The notes: generated by a model not told the origin, from the sequence alone. Positions 1 to 10,643 are shown, counted from the first letter of the stretch. The stretch is DNA of 46,607 nucleotides from Phycisphaeraceae bacterium (GCA_040905565.1 JBBDRF010000028.1:1-46607); one strand, 5' to 3'. A program made the numbers and translations.

Positions 1-43
1 GGACTTTGCTGCGGTGGGTCCATTTTCAGCGCCGATCTACCCT

Positions 44-313
44 CTCGAGGTGGGTACCGTTTGCATGCCGATCACCAGCGGGGAAAGCAAGCCAGAGACC
101 TTTGACTTCTTGGGCTTTACCCACATCTGCGGGAAGAAGCGCTGGAGCGGAGCGTTCATCGTGAAGCGGAAAACGTCAGCCAAACGGATGCCCGATTCCA
201 AGGCCGTGGGGGCCGCTCCAGGCTTGAGTGCGCCGGCATGTCGTGGTGAAGATGGAAGGCTACGGCAAACGTGACCCTTGTGTCCATCGGATGTTGTCCT
301 TATCCCAACGAGC
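44..313 (+). pseudogene. Decayed fragment of a group II intron reverse transcriptase/maturase (RT7-domain X junction)
   Basis: nt ~80-190 translate as GESKPETFDFLGFTHICGKKRWSGAFIVKRKTSAKRM, the typical (G)KPETFDFLGFTH...KT motif of bacterial group II intron RTs. A PYPNE peptide at ~298-313, in another frame, resembles the HPYP C-terminus of such proteins. No YADD motif and no intron domain V/VI are seen. Confidence 0.7.
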
Positions 314-326
314 TTATTGCGTCGCC

Positions 327-1115
327 TTACCAGGCGGTCCAGCCGCCGTCGACTGTAAGGCATTGGCCGGTCATGTAGGTGGACGCGCTGGAGAGGAGGA
401 ACGCGATCGAACCTGCGATTTCATCTTGCTCGCCGACCCGTCCGAGCATGGTGCGATCGGCGAGTCGTTGAACGAACTCTGCTGTGTTCAATCCATTGGG
501 ATGAGGGAACGGGCCGGGTGCGATGGCGTTAAAGCGAATGTTCCGCGGTCCGTAGTGGGCGGCCATGTAGCGGACCATCTGTAATATGCCGGCCTTGGCG
601 ATGCCGTATTCGACGGGATTAGGTTCCATCGGCGGCTCGTACATGCGCGGGTCCGGCGCGACCATGCCGTACATCGAACTCAATAAGACGACGCTGCCGC
701 CGTCGTTCATCGCCTCGGCCGCGCTGCGAGCAAGCAGGAAGAAGCCTGAAAGATTGACCTTGTTCGCTCTCTCCAGGGCCTCCGCGGTGAGATCGTCGAA
801 GCTCATGCCGCTAGCCGTGGCGACGGCGTTGACCATGCCGTCCAGCCGGCGGTGCGTTTTAATGGTGTCCTCCACCAACTGAGTCACTGATGATTCGTCA
901 CCGACTTCCACTGTCCGCAGCGTCACACACGCTTCCGGGGTGGCATCGCGGAGAGCCCGCCCAGCCGCCTCAAGCAAAGGCTCGTCACGATCGGCGATAA
1001 CTAACGACGCCCCGAGCTCTGCCAGAAGCTTGCAAGCCGGCAATCCCAGATACCCCGCGCCGCCGACGATGAGGAAGCTTTTGCCGCGCAGATCGAACGG
1101 ATTCGTCACGGACAT
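327..1115 (-). CDS. SDR-family oxidoreductase (gluconate 5-dehydrogenase/PtmA-like)
   Basis: GGAGYLG Rossmann motif, catalytic S...YGIAK, C-terminal VDGGWTAW; start placed at MSVTNPF (ATG 1115). Confidence 0.9.
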   Translation of the reverse strand: MSVTNPFDLRGKSFLIVGGAGYLGLPACKLLAELGASLVIADRDEPLLEAAGRALRDATPEACVTLRTVEVGDESSVTQLVEDTIKTHRRLDGMVNAVATASGMSFDDLTAEALERANKVNLSGFFLLARSAAEAMNDGGSVVLLSSMYGMVAPDPRMYEPPMEPNPVEYGIAKAGILQMVRYMAAHYGPRNIRFNAIAPGPFPHPNGLNTAEFVQRLADRTMLGRVGEQDEIAGSIAFLLSSASTYMTGQCLTVDGGWTAW

Positions 1116-1116
1116 C

Positions 1117-1136
1117 AACTTTCGCGAAGTTAACTT
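1117..1136. promoter_or_regulatory. AT-rich near-palindrome AACTTTCGCGAAGTT(AACTT), candidate repressor operator
   Basis: Abuts the SDR start codon; closely resembles the palindrome upstream of the LacI gene (10644-10663). Confidence 0.4.
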
Positions 1137-1359
1137 ATTTGTCGGCATCAGCAGCACTTTCCAGCTTGTTCGGCTCCCACTGCACCCGATATGACATGCC
1201 TCGGCGGAGTGTGGCGTCGCCCCTCAACTTGTCCTGCAGAAGGGGGATCTGGTGCTGGTCGTCCAGGTTCAGGGGGCAGCCGCCACGCCGCGTGACCCGA
1301 TTTCGGCGGTGCTGCACGAGGTAGCGAGGCAGAGGTCGATGGCGTCATCGGGAGGCCGC

Positions 1360-2925
1360 TTATTGTCCATCGATTGCTGGTAAGTTTAGACGTGGATCAT
1401 CCAGTTCCAGCTTGTACATGACCTGGTTGTATTCGTAACGCGGGGTGGCGGAGGGATTACCTGAGAACGTGTTGGTGTACGTGCCTTCGAAGTAGATCAC
1501 GCGACCGCCATCCTGATCGAAAAATGGGTGATGCTTTGGATTGTAGAAATCGTAGCGGTCGTGTGTAAGGATTTGTCGCGCGTGGTTCCACGGCCCCTGC
1601 GGCTCGTCGGCCTCGGCGTACCATACCTCGCCCAGGTGCGAGTTTTCTCCGCCGATCTCGACGAAGATCATGATCCACTTCTGGCGGTATTCGTTCCAAT
1701 AGGTCGAGCCGGTGTGGGCGCGGACGGTGCGCCCGGTCTCCACGTCCCGCAGGCGAATAAGTGCTTCGTCGGGCTGCATGAGGCCCGCGTCGATCAGGCG
1801 ATCTTGATCGCCTTGGTTCAACGGCGGCGTCCCCTGCTTCCAGCGGTAAACGAGGTTGCCGTCCGTGTCGCGGTCGAGTTGCTCGTCGGCCACGCTCGTG
1901 TCCTGAACCAACGGCGTGTAGTGTTCCCACTGACGCGGATCTGAAAATGCCGCCACATCATCCCGCACGCGCGTCATCGCCAGAGGATTGGCGAAGTATA
2001 TGTACGCATTGCCGTTGGCATCGGCGTGCCGGAACGTGTGCCCCTGTGAGTGCGAAGGCGGGGCGATCTCGAACGTGGTCACGTGATCGAAGATGCCTTT
2101 TTGATCGTTCCATCGAGACAGGCCCCACTGATAGGCTTCGAGGCCGTTGCGGATTTTGGTGTAGATGGCATAGAGGCGTTCCTCGCCGTCCTCGTTGACG
2201 AAGACGGTCGGGCTGCCCATCCAAGTGGGGCCATCGCCCGGCATCTCTGCGACGGGGCGTACGAAGCCGTCGTCGCGCAGGTAGTAGTCAAAGTCGATGC
2301 CTTCGTCGGGATGCAGCCCGTCTTCAGCCGGTAGCGGCGAGGTCGCAGCCGTCGTGTGAAAATTGCCCAACGGGTACGACATCCGGCTTGTATCGCCCCA
2401 GAACCAGTGAATTTGTCCTCGGTAGATCGCCGCCAGAACGCTGTCGGAGCCGGCGACCTGGCCGTTAAGGAGCGGCTTGTCGATCGGCGTCTGTCGGTCA
2501 AGGCGGACGGCGTGCTCATAGATGCCCGAACCGGTCGTGCGGTACAGCCGCTGTGCGATGTTCCGCCTCTCTAATTGGATCTGCTCGACCTGGCCCGGCT
2601 CAACGGTGAACGCCCGGCCGCGGAATCCAAAGCCGTCGCTGGGGTGGTTGTAGCCGTGTGTCGTCACGACCTCGAAATAGACTTGGGTACCGAAGAGCCC
2701 CGGATCGTCCACCGCGACCAGTCCCGCGCTATCGGTCACGAACCGGTTGCGGTCGGGCGTCTGCAGCGTCACCAGCGGCACGCCGCGGCCGGTTGCCGCG
2801 TCGACCACCTCGATGCCAAAGGATCGGCGTTCGTCGGCGAGCGCTTCCCATCCGGGGACGCTCAAGATGGCCAACATGACCAGGGCCGCAGCGGGTACGC
2901 GCGGCCACGCACACTCGTGCATCAT
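1360..2925 (-). CDS. Secreted conserved hypothetical protein (probable beta-propeller, glycoside-hydrolase-like)
   Basis: Long ORF with coding-like GC bias; signal peptide ending EALA-D; N-terminal 'VDAATGRGVPLV' beta-sandwich; W/Y/D-rich body with WFWGDT. Start could also be 3000. Confidence 0.75.
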   Translation of the reverse strand: MMHECAWPRVPAAALVMLAILSVPGWEALADERRSFGIEVVDAATGRGVPLVTLQTPDRNRFVTDSAGLVAVDDPGLFGTQVYFEVVTTHGYNHPSDGFGFRGRAFTVEPGQVEQIQLERRNIAQRLYRTTGSGIYEHAVRLDRQTPIDKPLLNGQVAGSDSVLAAIYRGQIHWFWGDTSRMSYPLGNFHTTAATSPLPAEDGLHPDEGIDFDYYLRDDGFVRPVAEMPGDGPTWMGSPTVFVNEDGEERLYAIYTKIRNGLEAYQWGLSRWNDQKGIFDHVTTFEIAPPSHSQGHTFRHADANGNAYIYFANPLAMTRVRDDVAAFSDPRQWEHYTPLVQDTSVADEQLDRDTDGNLVYRWKQGTPPLNQGDQDRLIDAGLMQPDEALIRLRDVETGRTVRAHTGSTYWNEYRQKWIMIFVEIGGENSHLGEVWYAEADEPQGPWNHARQILTHDRYDFYNPKHHPFFDQDGGRVIYFEGTYTNTFSGNPSATPRYEYNQVMYKLELDDPRLNLPAIDGQ

Positions 2926-3124
2926 GGCCCTGCCTCCGGCGATCGCATTCCCGCCCCCGCGCCACATAGCGGTGACGCTTCGTTGCACAAAACTAAACAT
3001 GGTCGCCCTCTCTCAAGCGTCTATCGGAGCCGCGTTCGTCCTGAGCATGCTGCATCTGCTAAGATCAAACCACCTTAAAGCGGATTCAGGGAAATACCAG
3101 TCACTGCGCAAAAAGGGGCCAAAC

Positions 3125-6100
3125 ATGACCGGACTTTTGAAAGCCGAGGCGATGGCAACGGCATTGGCTGGAATAGCAGTCGTGACCGTGTTGAGCATGA
3201 GCACGGCCGCTGATCAGTCGCCCGGCGCGTCTTCGCGCCCATCGCCCACGGGTGAAGCCGTCCAACACGTGGCCGCCATTGAAGCATGGGACGAAGCGGC
3301 GCTTCAGCGCGGGCGTCAGGTGTACCAGTCGGCCTGCATTGCCTGCCACGGTGCCGATGGGCAGCAGACGATCAACCCCCAGGCCCTGCCGTTCAGCTCG
3401 GGCGAGTTCCGGAACGGTGCCGATCCCTACAGCATGTTCCGCACGTTGTCCGACGGGTTCGAGACCATGCCCTCGGTCACCTGGCTGACACCCCAGCAGC
3501 GTTACGATGTGATCCATTACATCCGCGAATCCTTTATCCGGGACCAGAACGCCGATCAGTACGTGAGCGTTGACGCGGAATACCTGGCGACGTTGCCCGA
3601 GGCTGATGAAACCGAAACCACCGCACCGGCGCAGCCGACGGGCACGCGGGACTACGGCCCGGCACTGGCGTCGCAACTCGGCAGAGAAGTGTCTGCCGCG
3701 TTGACAGTCAAGCTCGATGAAAAGACGACCATCAGCTACGACCTGCATCGGATGCGCCTTGTAGGTGCTTGGCAAAACGGCTTTCTGAATCTGGACGCGA
3801 CGCATCACCAGCAGCAGCGCGGGGAGGGTGTGCCGTTGCCGGACGGACAGCCATTGCCGGGGTTGGAACATTGGCAGTGGGCGCTCGGTGGGAGCTTTGA
3901 AGCGGACTCGGAGAGGTTGCTGCCGCGTCGCCCAGCCCCTCCGGATTGGATGCGCTATCGGGGTCGGCATGTCCACGGCGATCGCAGCGTCCTCTCCTAT
4001 GACATCGCAGACCGCCATGTGCTGGAGTTGCCGGAGGCCCGGCCGCTTGGAAAGGGCACGGCGATCGTCCATACGCTTGAAATCGCGCCCGGCGAGGAGC
4101 CGCTGAAGCTCGCGGTAGGCAAGATCGAAGGCGAGGTCGGCCCCGTGGCAGGGTTGCTGGCGTTAGATGGTGAGCCGACCGGACAGCGCCAAGGTCCTGT
4201 CGCCGATCAGTTGGCCCTGGTGACCGGAGAACTGAAGGGTGTCAGCAGTGCCGCGCGGTACGCCGCTGATGCCGAACGCACCGCGGAACAACTGAGCATG
4301 GGCGGCGAGACATTCTCCGTCGCTGTGCGCTTCCGCACGACAGAGAGTGGGACACTTGTTGCCAACGCGCCGCCGGCGGGGCCATGGGCACGCGATGCGA
4401 AGGCTTTGTTCGTACGCGGCGGGCGTCTGGTCTACGACATCGGCTGGCTCGGCGCCATCACCAGCAGCACTCAGGTGAACGACGGCGAATGGCGTTGGGC
4501 TGTGTTGACGAGCGATAACGGGGAAGCGCGCCTGTACGTCGACGGAAAGCTGGAGGCTGAGGAGGAGGCTTTCGCCCGCGCCCACGTCTCAGGCCACGTG
4601 TTTAAGATCGGTGCTGCGTCGCCGAATTTCGGCGGTGACTACAGCGGGGATATTGAACACGTTGCTTTCTATCAGCGTGTGTTGACGGAGGACGAGATCG
4701 CGACGCTCGTTGAGCGAAACGCTCCCCCAGGTGAGGCGGCCTTCGTCTGGCCTCGGGATGCGGAACCGGAGGAGGCGGATGAAGCGGATGATTCGTACGG
4801 TTCGTTCGTCGCGGCCGCGGCCGTGGGAGATGTAGAGGACCTGACATGGGAAATCGATCAGGACCATCGCGTGGTGCTGCAGATTCCCGCGGGGGCGGAG
4901 CGCCGCGTGGTGCAGGTGGTGCGCTTTGCGGGAGAAGGCGAGGCTGACGTCCTGCAGTTTGCCAGCTTTGCTCGTTTCGCCGGCAGCCAGCAGAGCGTGA
5001 CGCAGCCTTCCCAGTTGCTCGAGGGCGGTTCACCGCAATGGCGCGACACCGTAACGGTCCAGGGGCAGCTTGGTGACGCGGTCAACGGTTATGCCCTCGA
5101 TACCGTACCCGTGCCGTTCGATAATCCCTACAACGCCTGGGTGCGCACCACGGCTGTCGATTTCTTTCCCGACGGTCGTGGCGTCGTGACCACGCACGGC
5201 GGCGATGTGTGGATCGTCTCCGGCCTTGATGACGAACTTGCGCAGGTGACCTGGCAGCGCTACGCAGCGGGGCTTTATGAGCCGATGGGCGTCCGGGTCG
5301 TGAACGGCGACATCTACGTCACCTGCCGTGACGGCATCATCCGGCTACACGACGTGAACGGCAACGGCGAAGCTGACTACTACGAAACGTTCTTCGCCGA
5401 TCCGGACGTGTCGACCTTTTTCCACGCCTACAACTTCGATCTGGTCACCGACGAAGCGGGCAATTTCTATTACACCAAAGCAGGGCAGTACACCGACTAC
5501 GCGCTGCCGGGATCGGTAATGCGGGTCTCGCCGGATGGATCGTCAGGCGAGGCGATCGCGACTGGCTTCCGCACACCGAACGGCATGGGCATGCTGCCCG
5601 ACGGTCGCCCGACCGCAAGCGACAACGAAGGTAGCTGGATGCCCGCGTCGAAAATCAGCGTGATCGAAGAAGGCGGTTTCTACGGTTATTCGCAGACGCA
5701 CAGTGGCGGCAACGCTTGGGCACCCGATGGCGGACTGATCGATCACACGCAGGTCAAGCCGCCTGCCGATTTTGATCGACCGCTGGTTTGGCTGCCGCGT
5801 TCGCTGGACGCATCGAGCGGCGGTCAGGTATGGGTGGACGACGAACAATTCGGCCCGCTCACCGGCCGGCTGCTGCACACGAGTTTCAGCCATGGCTGGA
5901 TGTACGCCGTACTGATGCAGGAGGACGATGATGGGCTGGTTGCGGGGCTCGTGGACGCGCTACCGCATCAATTTGCTGCCGGGATTCAGCGTGCCCGGCA
6001 GCACCCGATCGACGGACAGGTGTGGGCGACGGGGCTCTCGGGCTGGCAGGGCCCGCCGGGCGGCGCCGACGGCTGCCTGCAGCGTCTCCGCTATGTGGGC

Positions 6101-6469
6101 GAGGGCGGTCGATTCCTCACGGGTTTCGAGGTGGAGCCAGAGGGGATCCGTTTGCACTTCAACTTCGCGCTAGATAGCGACGAAGCCGCTGACACCGACC
6201 GCTATCAGGTGGCCCAGTGGAACTACCGATGGTCGGGAGGGTACGGCTCAGCGCATCATTCAGTGGCTAACCCAGGCAAGGTCGGCGAAGATGACGTGCC
6301 CGTGATCGAGGTACAGATTGATGATGAATCGCGCAGCGTACTGCTTCGCATGGACGACGTTCAGCCTGTTGACCAGATGCGCATCGACCTCGATCTTCGC
6401 GATGCGTCAGGCGAGGCGTTTACCGAGCAGATCTACCTGACAATTCACCGGGTGCCTGAAGCAAAATGA
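3125..6469 (+). CDS. Secreted cytochrome c / DUF6797-like protein with LamG domain and PQQ-sugar-dehydrogenase-like beta-propeller
   Basis: ATG after AAGGGG; signal peptide; CIACH heme motif; LamG-like segment (VNDGEWR..., LYVDG, GDIEHVAFYQRVLT); propeller motifs GLYEPMG and GFRTPNG. Confidence 0.85.
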   Translation: MTGLLKAEAMATALAGIAVVTVLSMSTAADQSPGASSRPSPTGEAVQHVAAIEAWDEAALQRGRQVYQSACIACHGADGQQTINPQALPFSSGEFRNGADPYSMFRTLSDGFETMPSVTWLTPQQRYDVIHYIRESFIRDQNADQYVSVDAEYLATLPEADETETTAPAQPTGTRDYGPALASQLGREVSAALTVKLDEKTTISYDLHRMRLVGAWQNGFLNLDATHHQQQRGEGVPLPDGQPLPGLEHWQWALGGSFEADSERLLPRRPAPPDWMRYRGRHVHGDRSVLSYDIADRHVLELPEARPLGKGTAIVHTLEIAPGEEPLKLAVGKIEGEVGPVAGLLALDGEPTGQRQGPVADQLALVTGELKGVSSAARYAADAERTAEQLSMGGETFSVAVRFRTTESGTLVANAPPAGPWARDAKALFVRGGRLVYDIGWLGAITSSTQVNDGEWRWAVLTSDNGEARLYVDGKLEAEEEAFARAHVSGHVFKIGAASPNFGGDYSGDIEHVAFYQRVLTEDEIATLVERNAPPGEAAFVWPRDAEPEEADEADDSYGSFVAAAAVGDVEDLTWEIDQDHRVVLQIPAGAERRVVQVVRFAGEGEADVLQFASFARFAGSQQSVTQPSQLLEGGSPQWRDTVTVQGQLGDAVNGYALDTVPVPFDNPYNAWVRTTAVDFFPDGRGVVTTHGGDVWIVSGLDDELAQVTWQRYAAGLYEPMGVRVVNGDIYVTCRDGIIRLHDVNGNGEADYYETFFADPDVSTFFHAYNFDLVTDEAGNFYYTKAGQYTDYALPGSVMRVSPDGSSGEAIATGFRTPNGMGMLPDGRPTASDNEGSWMPASKISVIEEGGFYGYSQTHSGGNAWAPDGGLIDHTQVKPPADFDRPLVWLPRSLDASSGGQVWVDDEQFGPLTGRLLHTSFSHGWMYAVLMQEDDDGLVAGLVDALPHQFAAGIQRARQHPIDGQVWATGLSGWQGPPGGADGCLQRLRYVGEGGRFLTGFEVEPEGIRLHFNFALDSDEAADTDRYQVAQWNYRWSGGYGSAHHSVANPGKVGEDDVPVIEVQIDDESRSVLLRMDDVQPVDQMRIDLDLRDASGEAFTEQIYLTIHRVPEAK

Positions 6470-6503
6470 TCGCGAACTGCCCGAAGTAATCTATGGAGTC
6501 GTC

Positions 6504-7682
6504 ATGTTCAACCTCCGCGCCATCCCGTTGCTGCTTGCAGTCGCACTGCTGATAGGCCCCGCTGCAACTGCCGTCGCCGATACCGTGCACGTTGCGACGC
6601 GGGCGGAATTGTTAGCCGCCGTTGAAAAGGCTCAGCCGGGCACAACGATCCTCCTTGCCCCCGGCGACTACGGCTCGATCGCCGTTTCCAATCTTCACGG
6701 CGCCGAGGGCCGCCCGATCACCATCGCCGGCGCGGACCCGGATGATCCACCTCGCTTCGTCGGCGGAACAACGGCTTTCGGACTCTCCAACCCGCGCCAC
6801 GTCGTCCTTGAAAACCTCATCGCCGAGCGGGCCGACGTCAACAGCTTCAACATTGACGACGGCGGCACGATGGAAGCCACCGCCAGCCATATCACCCTCC
6901 GCAACGTCGTCGCCCGTGATGTCCAACTCCGAGGCAACCGCGATGGCATCAAACTCTCCGGCGTCACCGACTTCCTCGTCGAGAATTCCACGATCGAGCG
7001 ATGGGGTGACGGCGGACAGGGCATCGACATGGTCGGCTGCCATCGCGGCGAAATCCGAAACAACGTCCTCCGCCATGACCCCGGCGAATCGTACGGCACC
7101 GCCATCACCGCCAAGGGCGGCTCCGCAGAAATCCTCATCATCGGCAACCACTTCGAGGACTTCGGCGGCCGCGGCGTCAACATAGGCGGCGCGACGGGCA
7201 AACAGTTCTTCCGGCCCCAACCACCGGGCCACTACGAAGCTCGCGACATCACCGTCACCCGCAACACCTTCGTACGCGGCGATACCGCCGTCGCCTTCGT
7301 GAATATTGATGGCTCGGAGGTCGCCCACAACACGATCTACATGCCCAGAAACTGGGTGTTCCGCATTCTCCAGGAAACCACCGACGACGGCTTCGTCCCG
7401 TCCCGCAACGGTGTGTTCGCCAACAATCTCGTCGTCTATGACCGATCTGCCATGCGACGCGACGTCAATGTTGGCCCCAATACCGCCCCGCAAACGTTCA
7501 CTTTTCAAGGCAACTGGTGGTACAACATCGCCGCGCCAAACGACAGTGAGCCAGACCTGCCTGCCCAGGAAACCGGGGGTATCTATCGCGGTAATCCCCA
7601 GTTGCGTGACCCCGACGGCGGAGATTATCGTCCCGCCCCGCAGGCTCCCACCCACGATGCCGGTGCCCATGCAGGCCAGTGA
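6504..7682 (+). CDS. Secreted right-handed parallel beta-helix protein (pectin-lyase-like fold)
   Basis: GGAG RBS, signal peptide, AQPGTTILLAPGDY cap and repeated N-ladder strands (DGIKLSG, GIDMVGC, AKGGS). Confidence 0.85.
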   Translation: MFNLRAIPLLLAVALLIGPAATAVADTVHVATRAELLAAVEKAQPGTTILLAPGDYGSIAVSNLHGAEGRPITIAGADPDDPPRFVGGTTAFGLSNPRHVVLENLIAERADVNSFNIDDGGTMEATASHITLRNVVARDVQLRGNRDGIKLSGVTDFLVENSTIERWGDGGQGIDMVGCHRGEIRNNVLRHDPGESYGTAITAKGGSAEILIIGNHFEDFGGRGVNIGGATGKQFFRPQPPGHYEARDITVTRNTFVRGDTAVAFVNIDGSEVAHNTIYMPRNWVFRILQETTDDGFVPSRNGVFANNLVVYDRSAMRRDVNVGPNTAPQTFTFQGNWWYNIAAPNDSEPDLPAQETGGIYRGNPQLRDPDGGDYRPAPQAPTHDAGAHAGQ

Positions 7683-7776
7683 AACGCGTTGCTCGCGATG
7701 TCGATCTGTTAATATGTAGATTCTCGTTCGAGATGGACGGTGGTTCCGTTGCGCGACGTTTTTGAAGAAGGACCCG

Positions 7777-10371
7777 ATGATGCGTATTTGGCTCGCAGTG
7801 GTGTTGGTGGTGGCGGTAAGTTCTTCGGTGCTGTGGGCGGCGGCGAAGTTGGCGTCGCCGACCGAGCCAGCTGCGCCGGATCCGGTGTTTCTTTCGCCCG
7901 AGGAGTCCATGGCACGCATCCAGGTCCCCGACGGCTACCGCGTCGAACTGGTTGCTTCGGAGCCGATGCTGCACGAGCCGGCGATGATCGCGTGGGACGG
8001 CAACGGGCGGATGTTCGTCGCAGAACTGAACACCTACATGCAGGACATCGACGGAAAGAATCAGCATCGTCCCGTGTGCCAGGTGAAAATCCTGGAGGAC
8101 ACCAACGGCGACGGCACGATGGACAAAATGACCGTCTTCGCTGACGACCTCGTCCTGCCCCGGATGATCGTTCCGCTGAACGACCGGGTCCTGATTCGCG
8201 AGACCAATACCGATGATGTCTACGCATTCTTCGACGACAACGGCGACGGCAAAGCCGACCGTCGCGAGTTCGCATTTCGCGCGCCCGGCGGCAGCGGGGG
8301 CAATCTGGAACACCAGGACAGCGCGATGATGTGGAGCATCGACAACTGGCTCTACTCGGCGATGGGGCATGAACGTCATCGGCTGGTCGATGGCGAGTGG
8401 GTTTCCGAGCCCGTGAGCCACGAGTTCTCACAGTGGGGGCTGACGCAGGACGAAGTGGGGCAGTTGTACTACGCGAGTGCCGGTCGTGAAGCGGCGGCGT
8501 ACGGCTTTCAGCAGCATCCCAAATACGGTCGGCTGAGCGTCGATGGCGAACTGACGGCGGACTTCAATACGGTCTATCCCATCGTGCAGACGCCTGACGT
8601 TCAGGGCGGCCCGGGTCGGGTAGGCGAGCACGGCACGCTGAACCATTTCACAGGACACTGCGGCCAGTCGATCTTCCTGGGCCATCGGATGCCCGACGAT
8701 TTTCGCGGCAACTACTTCCTGCCCGAACCGGTAGGGCGGTTGGTGCGGCGGGCGAAGGTACACGATGTCGATGGCAAACGCGTCCTCGAAAATGCCTACG
8801 AGGGGCGCGAGTTCATGGCTTCGACGGATATGAATTTTCGGCCTGTATGGTCGGCCGGCGGGCCGGACGGCACGCTTTACGTCGTCGATATGTACCGCGG
8901 CATCATCCAGGAGGGCAACTGGGTCGGGCAGGGCTCCTATCTGCGGCCGCAGGTTGAGAAGTACAAACTCGATGAAAATATCGGCCGTGGCCGCATCTAC
9001 CGCGTGGTGCATGAGTCGGTCGATCGCGACGCCGAACGGCCCCGAATGCTCGACGAATCGCCGAAGCAACTTCTCAAGCATCTGCACCACCCCAACGGCT
9101 GGTGGCGGATGGAAGCGCAGAAGCTGATCGTGCTCAGCGGCGACCAGTCCGTCGTCCCGGCACTCGAGGAAATGGCCTCAAATGCCGAGGAGCCGCTGGC
9201 CCGGGTGCACGCGCTCTGGACGCTTGAAGGGCTCGACGCACTCAAAGAACAGTCCGCCTTCGCAGCGCTGTCGGATGAAGACCCGCGCGTTCGCCAGACG
9301 GCAATCCGACTGGTGGAGCCGTTGCTCGAAAATGAACAGCCCCAGGCTCTGGAGCAACTGGCGAAACTGGCCGGCGACGAGGAACCCCGGGTGCTGGCGC
9401 AGCTGCTGAACACCCTGCGTTACGCGGAGACCGAGGGGCGGCCGCTGATTCTGCAGGTGATGGAGGAACATGCCGAGAATGATCTGCTGATCGCCGTCGG
9501 TAGCGATGCCATGCGATACCGCACCGGCGGCGAAGGTGACGAGCTTGCCGATATCACCCCGAGTGCCGTGCAGTCGTACATCCGCGGCCGCGATATCTAC
9601 GGTTCGTCCTGCGTGGCCTGTCATGCACCGGACGGGAAGGGGCAGGCGTCGGGCGAGTTGCTGCTTGGCCCCTCCATGGTCGAGTCGCAGCATCTCGGCA
9701 GCAGCGATGCAGCCGTCCGCGTCGTGCTCCACGGCAGCGTGGCGGGCATCACCGAAGGCAAGTACCAGAACATGATGGCCCCGATGAAAGCGCAGGATGA
9801 CCAGTGGATTGCCGACGTGCTCACGTATGCGCGCATCGCTTTCGGTGGGTTCGGTGCGATCACGCCTGAGCGCGTTGCGGAGGTTCGCCAAACCACGAGC
9901 GAGCGGCAAATCCCGTACACCAGTGGCGAACTGCATCGCTTCCTGCGTATCCCGACTGAGCGGATGGCTGCGTGGGAGTTCGACGCAAGCCATAACGCCG
10001 GCGCGCTTGGGAACATGATCGACGGCAAGAGCGAAACGCGTTGGGATACCGGCGCGCAGCAGCAGCCGGGCATGTGGGTCACCATCGACCTTCAACAGCC
10101 TCACGACCTGACCGGCCTGGTGCTGGATACCCGCGGCTCGCAGAACGACTACCCGCGTGGATTCACGGTCTCGGTAAGTGACGATGGAGAGAACTGGACG
10201 AAGCTGGTCGAAGGCGAAGGCGACGGCCCTTCGACGGAAATCGTCCTCCCCGACCGCACCGTGGCGCAGCATGTCCGCCTTGAACAGACGGGCCGCGCTG
10301 ATGGGCTGTTCTGGTCGGTGCATCGCTTGATCGTCACGGGCGAGCCGAGCGAGTCACAGCAGGATCGCTAA
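7777..10371 (+). CDS. PVC-type heme-binding CxxCH protein: DUF7133-like propeller + HEAT repeats + cytochrome c + F5/8 discoidin domain
   Basis: LSPEES...VPDGYRVELVASEP, EDTNGDG, FRPV...GPDGTLYVVDMYR, HEAT repeats (RVHALWTLEGL), CVACH, C-terminal DGKSETRWDT...YPRGF discoidin. Confidence 0.9.
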   Translation: MMRIWLAVVLVVAVSSSVLWAAAKLASPTEPAAPDPVFLSPEESMARIQVPDGYRVELVASEPMLHEPAMIAWDGNGRMFVAELNTYMQDIDGKNQHRPVCQVKILEDTNGDGTMDKMTVFADDLVLPRMIVPLNDRVLIRETNTDDVYAFFDDNGDGKADRREFAFRAPGGSGGNLEHQDSAMMWSIDNWLYSAMGHERHRLVDGEWVSEPVSHEFSQWGLTQDEVGQLYYASAGREAAAYGFQQHPKYGRLSVDGELTADFNTVYPIVQTPDVQGGPGRVGEHGTLNHFTGHCGQSIFLGHRMPDDFRGNYFLPEPVGRLVRRAKVHDVDGKRVLENAYEGREFMASTDMNFRPVWSAGGPDGTLYVVDMYRGIIQEGNWVGQGSYLRPQVEKYKLDENIGRGRIYRVVHESVDRDAERPRMLDESPKQLLKHLHHPNGWWRMEAQKLIVLSGDQSVVPALEEMASNAEEPLARVHALWTLEGLDALKEQSAFAALSDEDPRVRQTAIRLVEPLLENEQPQALEQLAKLAGDEEPRVLAQLLNTLRYAETEGRPLILQVMEEHAENDLLIAVGSDAMRYRTGGEGDELADITPSAVQSYIRGRDIYGSSCVACHAPDGKGQASGELLLGPSMVESQHLGSSDAAVRVVLHGSVAGITEGKYQNMMAPMKAQDDQWIADVLTYARIAFGGFGAITPERVAEVRQTTSERQIPYTSGELHRFLRIPTERMAAWEFDASHNAGALGNMIDGKSETRWDTGAQQQPGMWVTIDLQQPHDLTGLVLDTRGSQNDYPRGFTVSVSDDGENWTKLVEGEGDGPSTEIVLPDRTVAQHVRLEQTGRADGLFWSVHRLIVTGEPSESQQDR

Positions 10372-10643
10372 CGGTTGTCACGCCTGGCTCATCCTCGCAA
10401 ACCTCCCCCTCATTGCGTCCTGCTCCATCCCCCGTCGGCACCGAACGCGCCTTCCGGATCACCTCGGATCGGCGTGGCAGGGGATCGTGCCATCTTAAAA
10501 CCCAACACGTCACGGCCTTGGCGATAACTGCCGTGTCCGTCGATGTATGCGCCGCTTCCCGGTCGCGCCTGCGAGGCGGTCTCGGATGGCCGAGCGTAAT
10601 TTACGCAGTGTGGGTTCCGTAAAACTTAACGTAAAAAGAGAGA

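Noticed and set aside
1135..1348. Short minus-strand ORFs (LNLDDQHQIPLLQDKLRG...)
   Set aside because: Possibly a gene relic, but no credible start or recognisable family
2747..3124. N-terminal extension of the 1240-aa ORF
   Set aside because: Overlaps the divergent gene; RBS and signal peptide support ATG 3125
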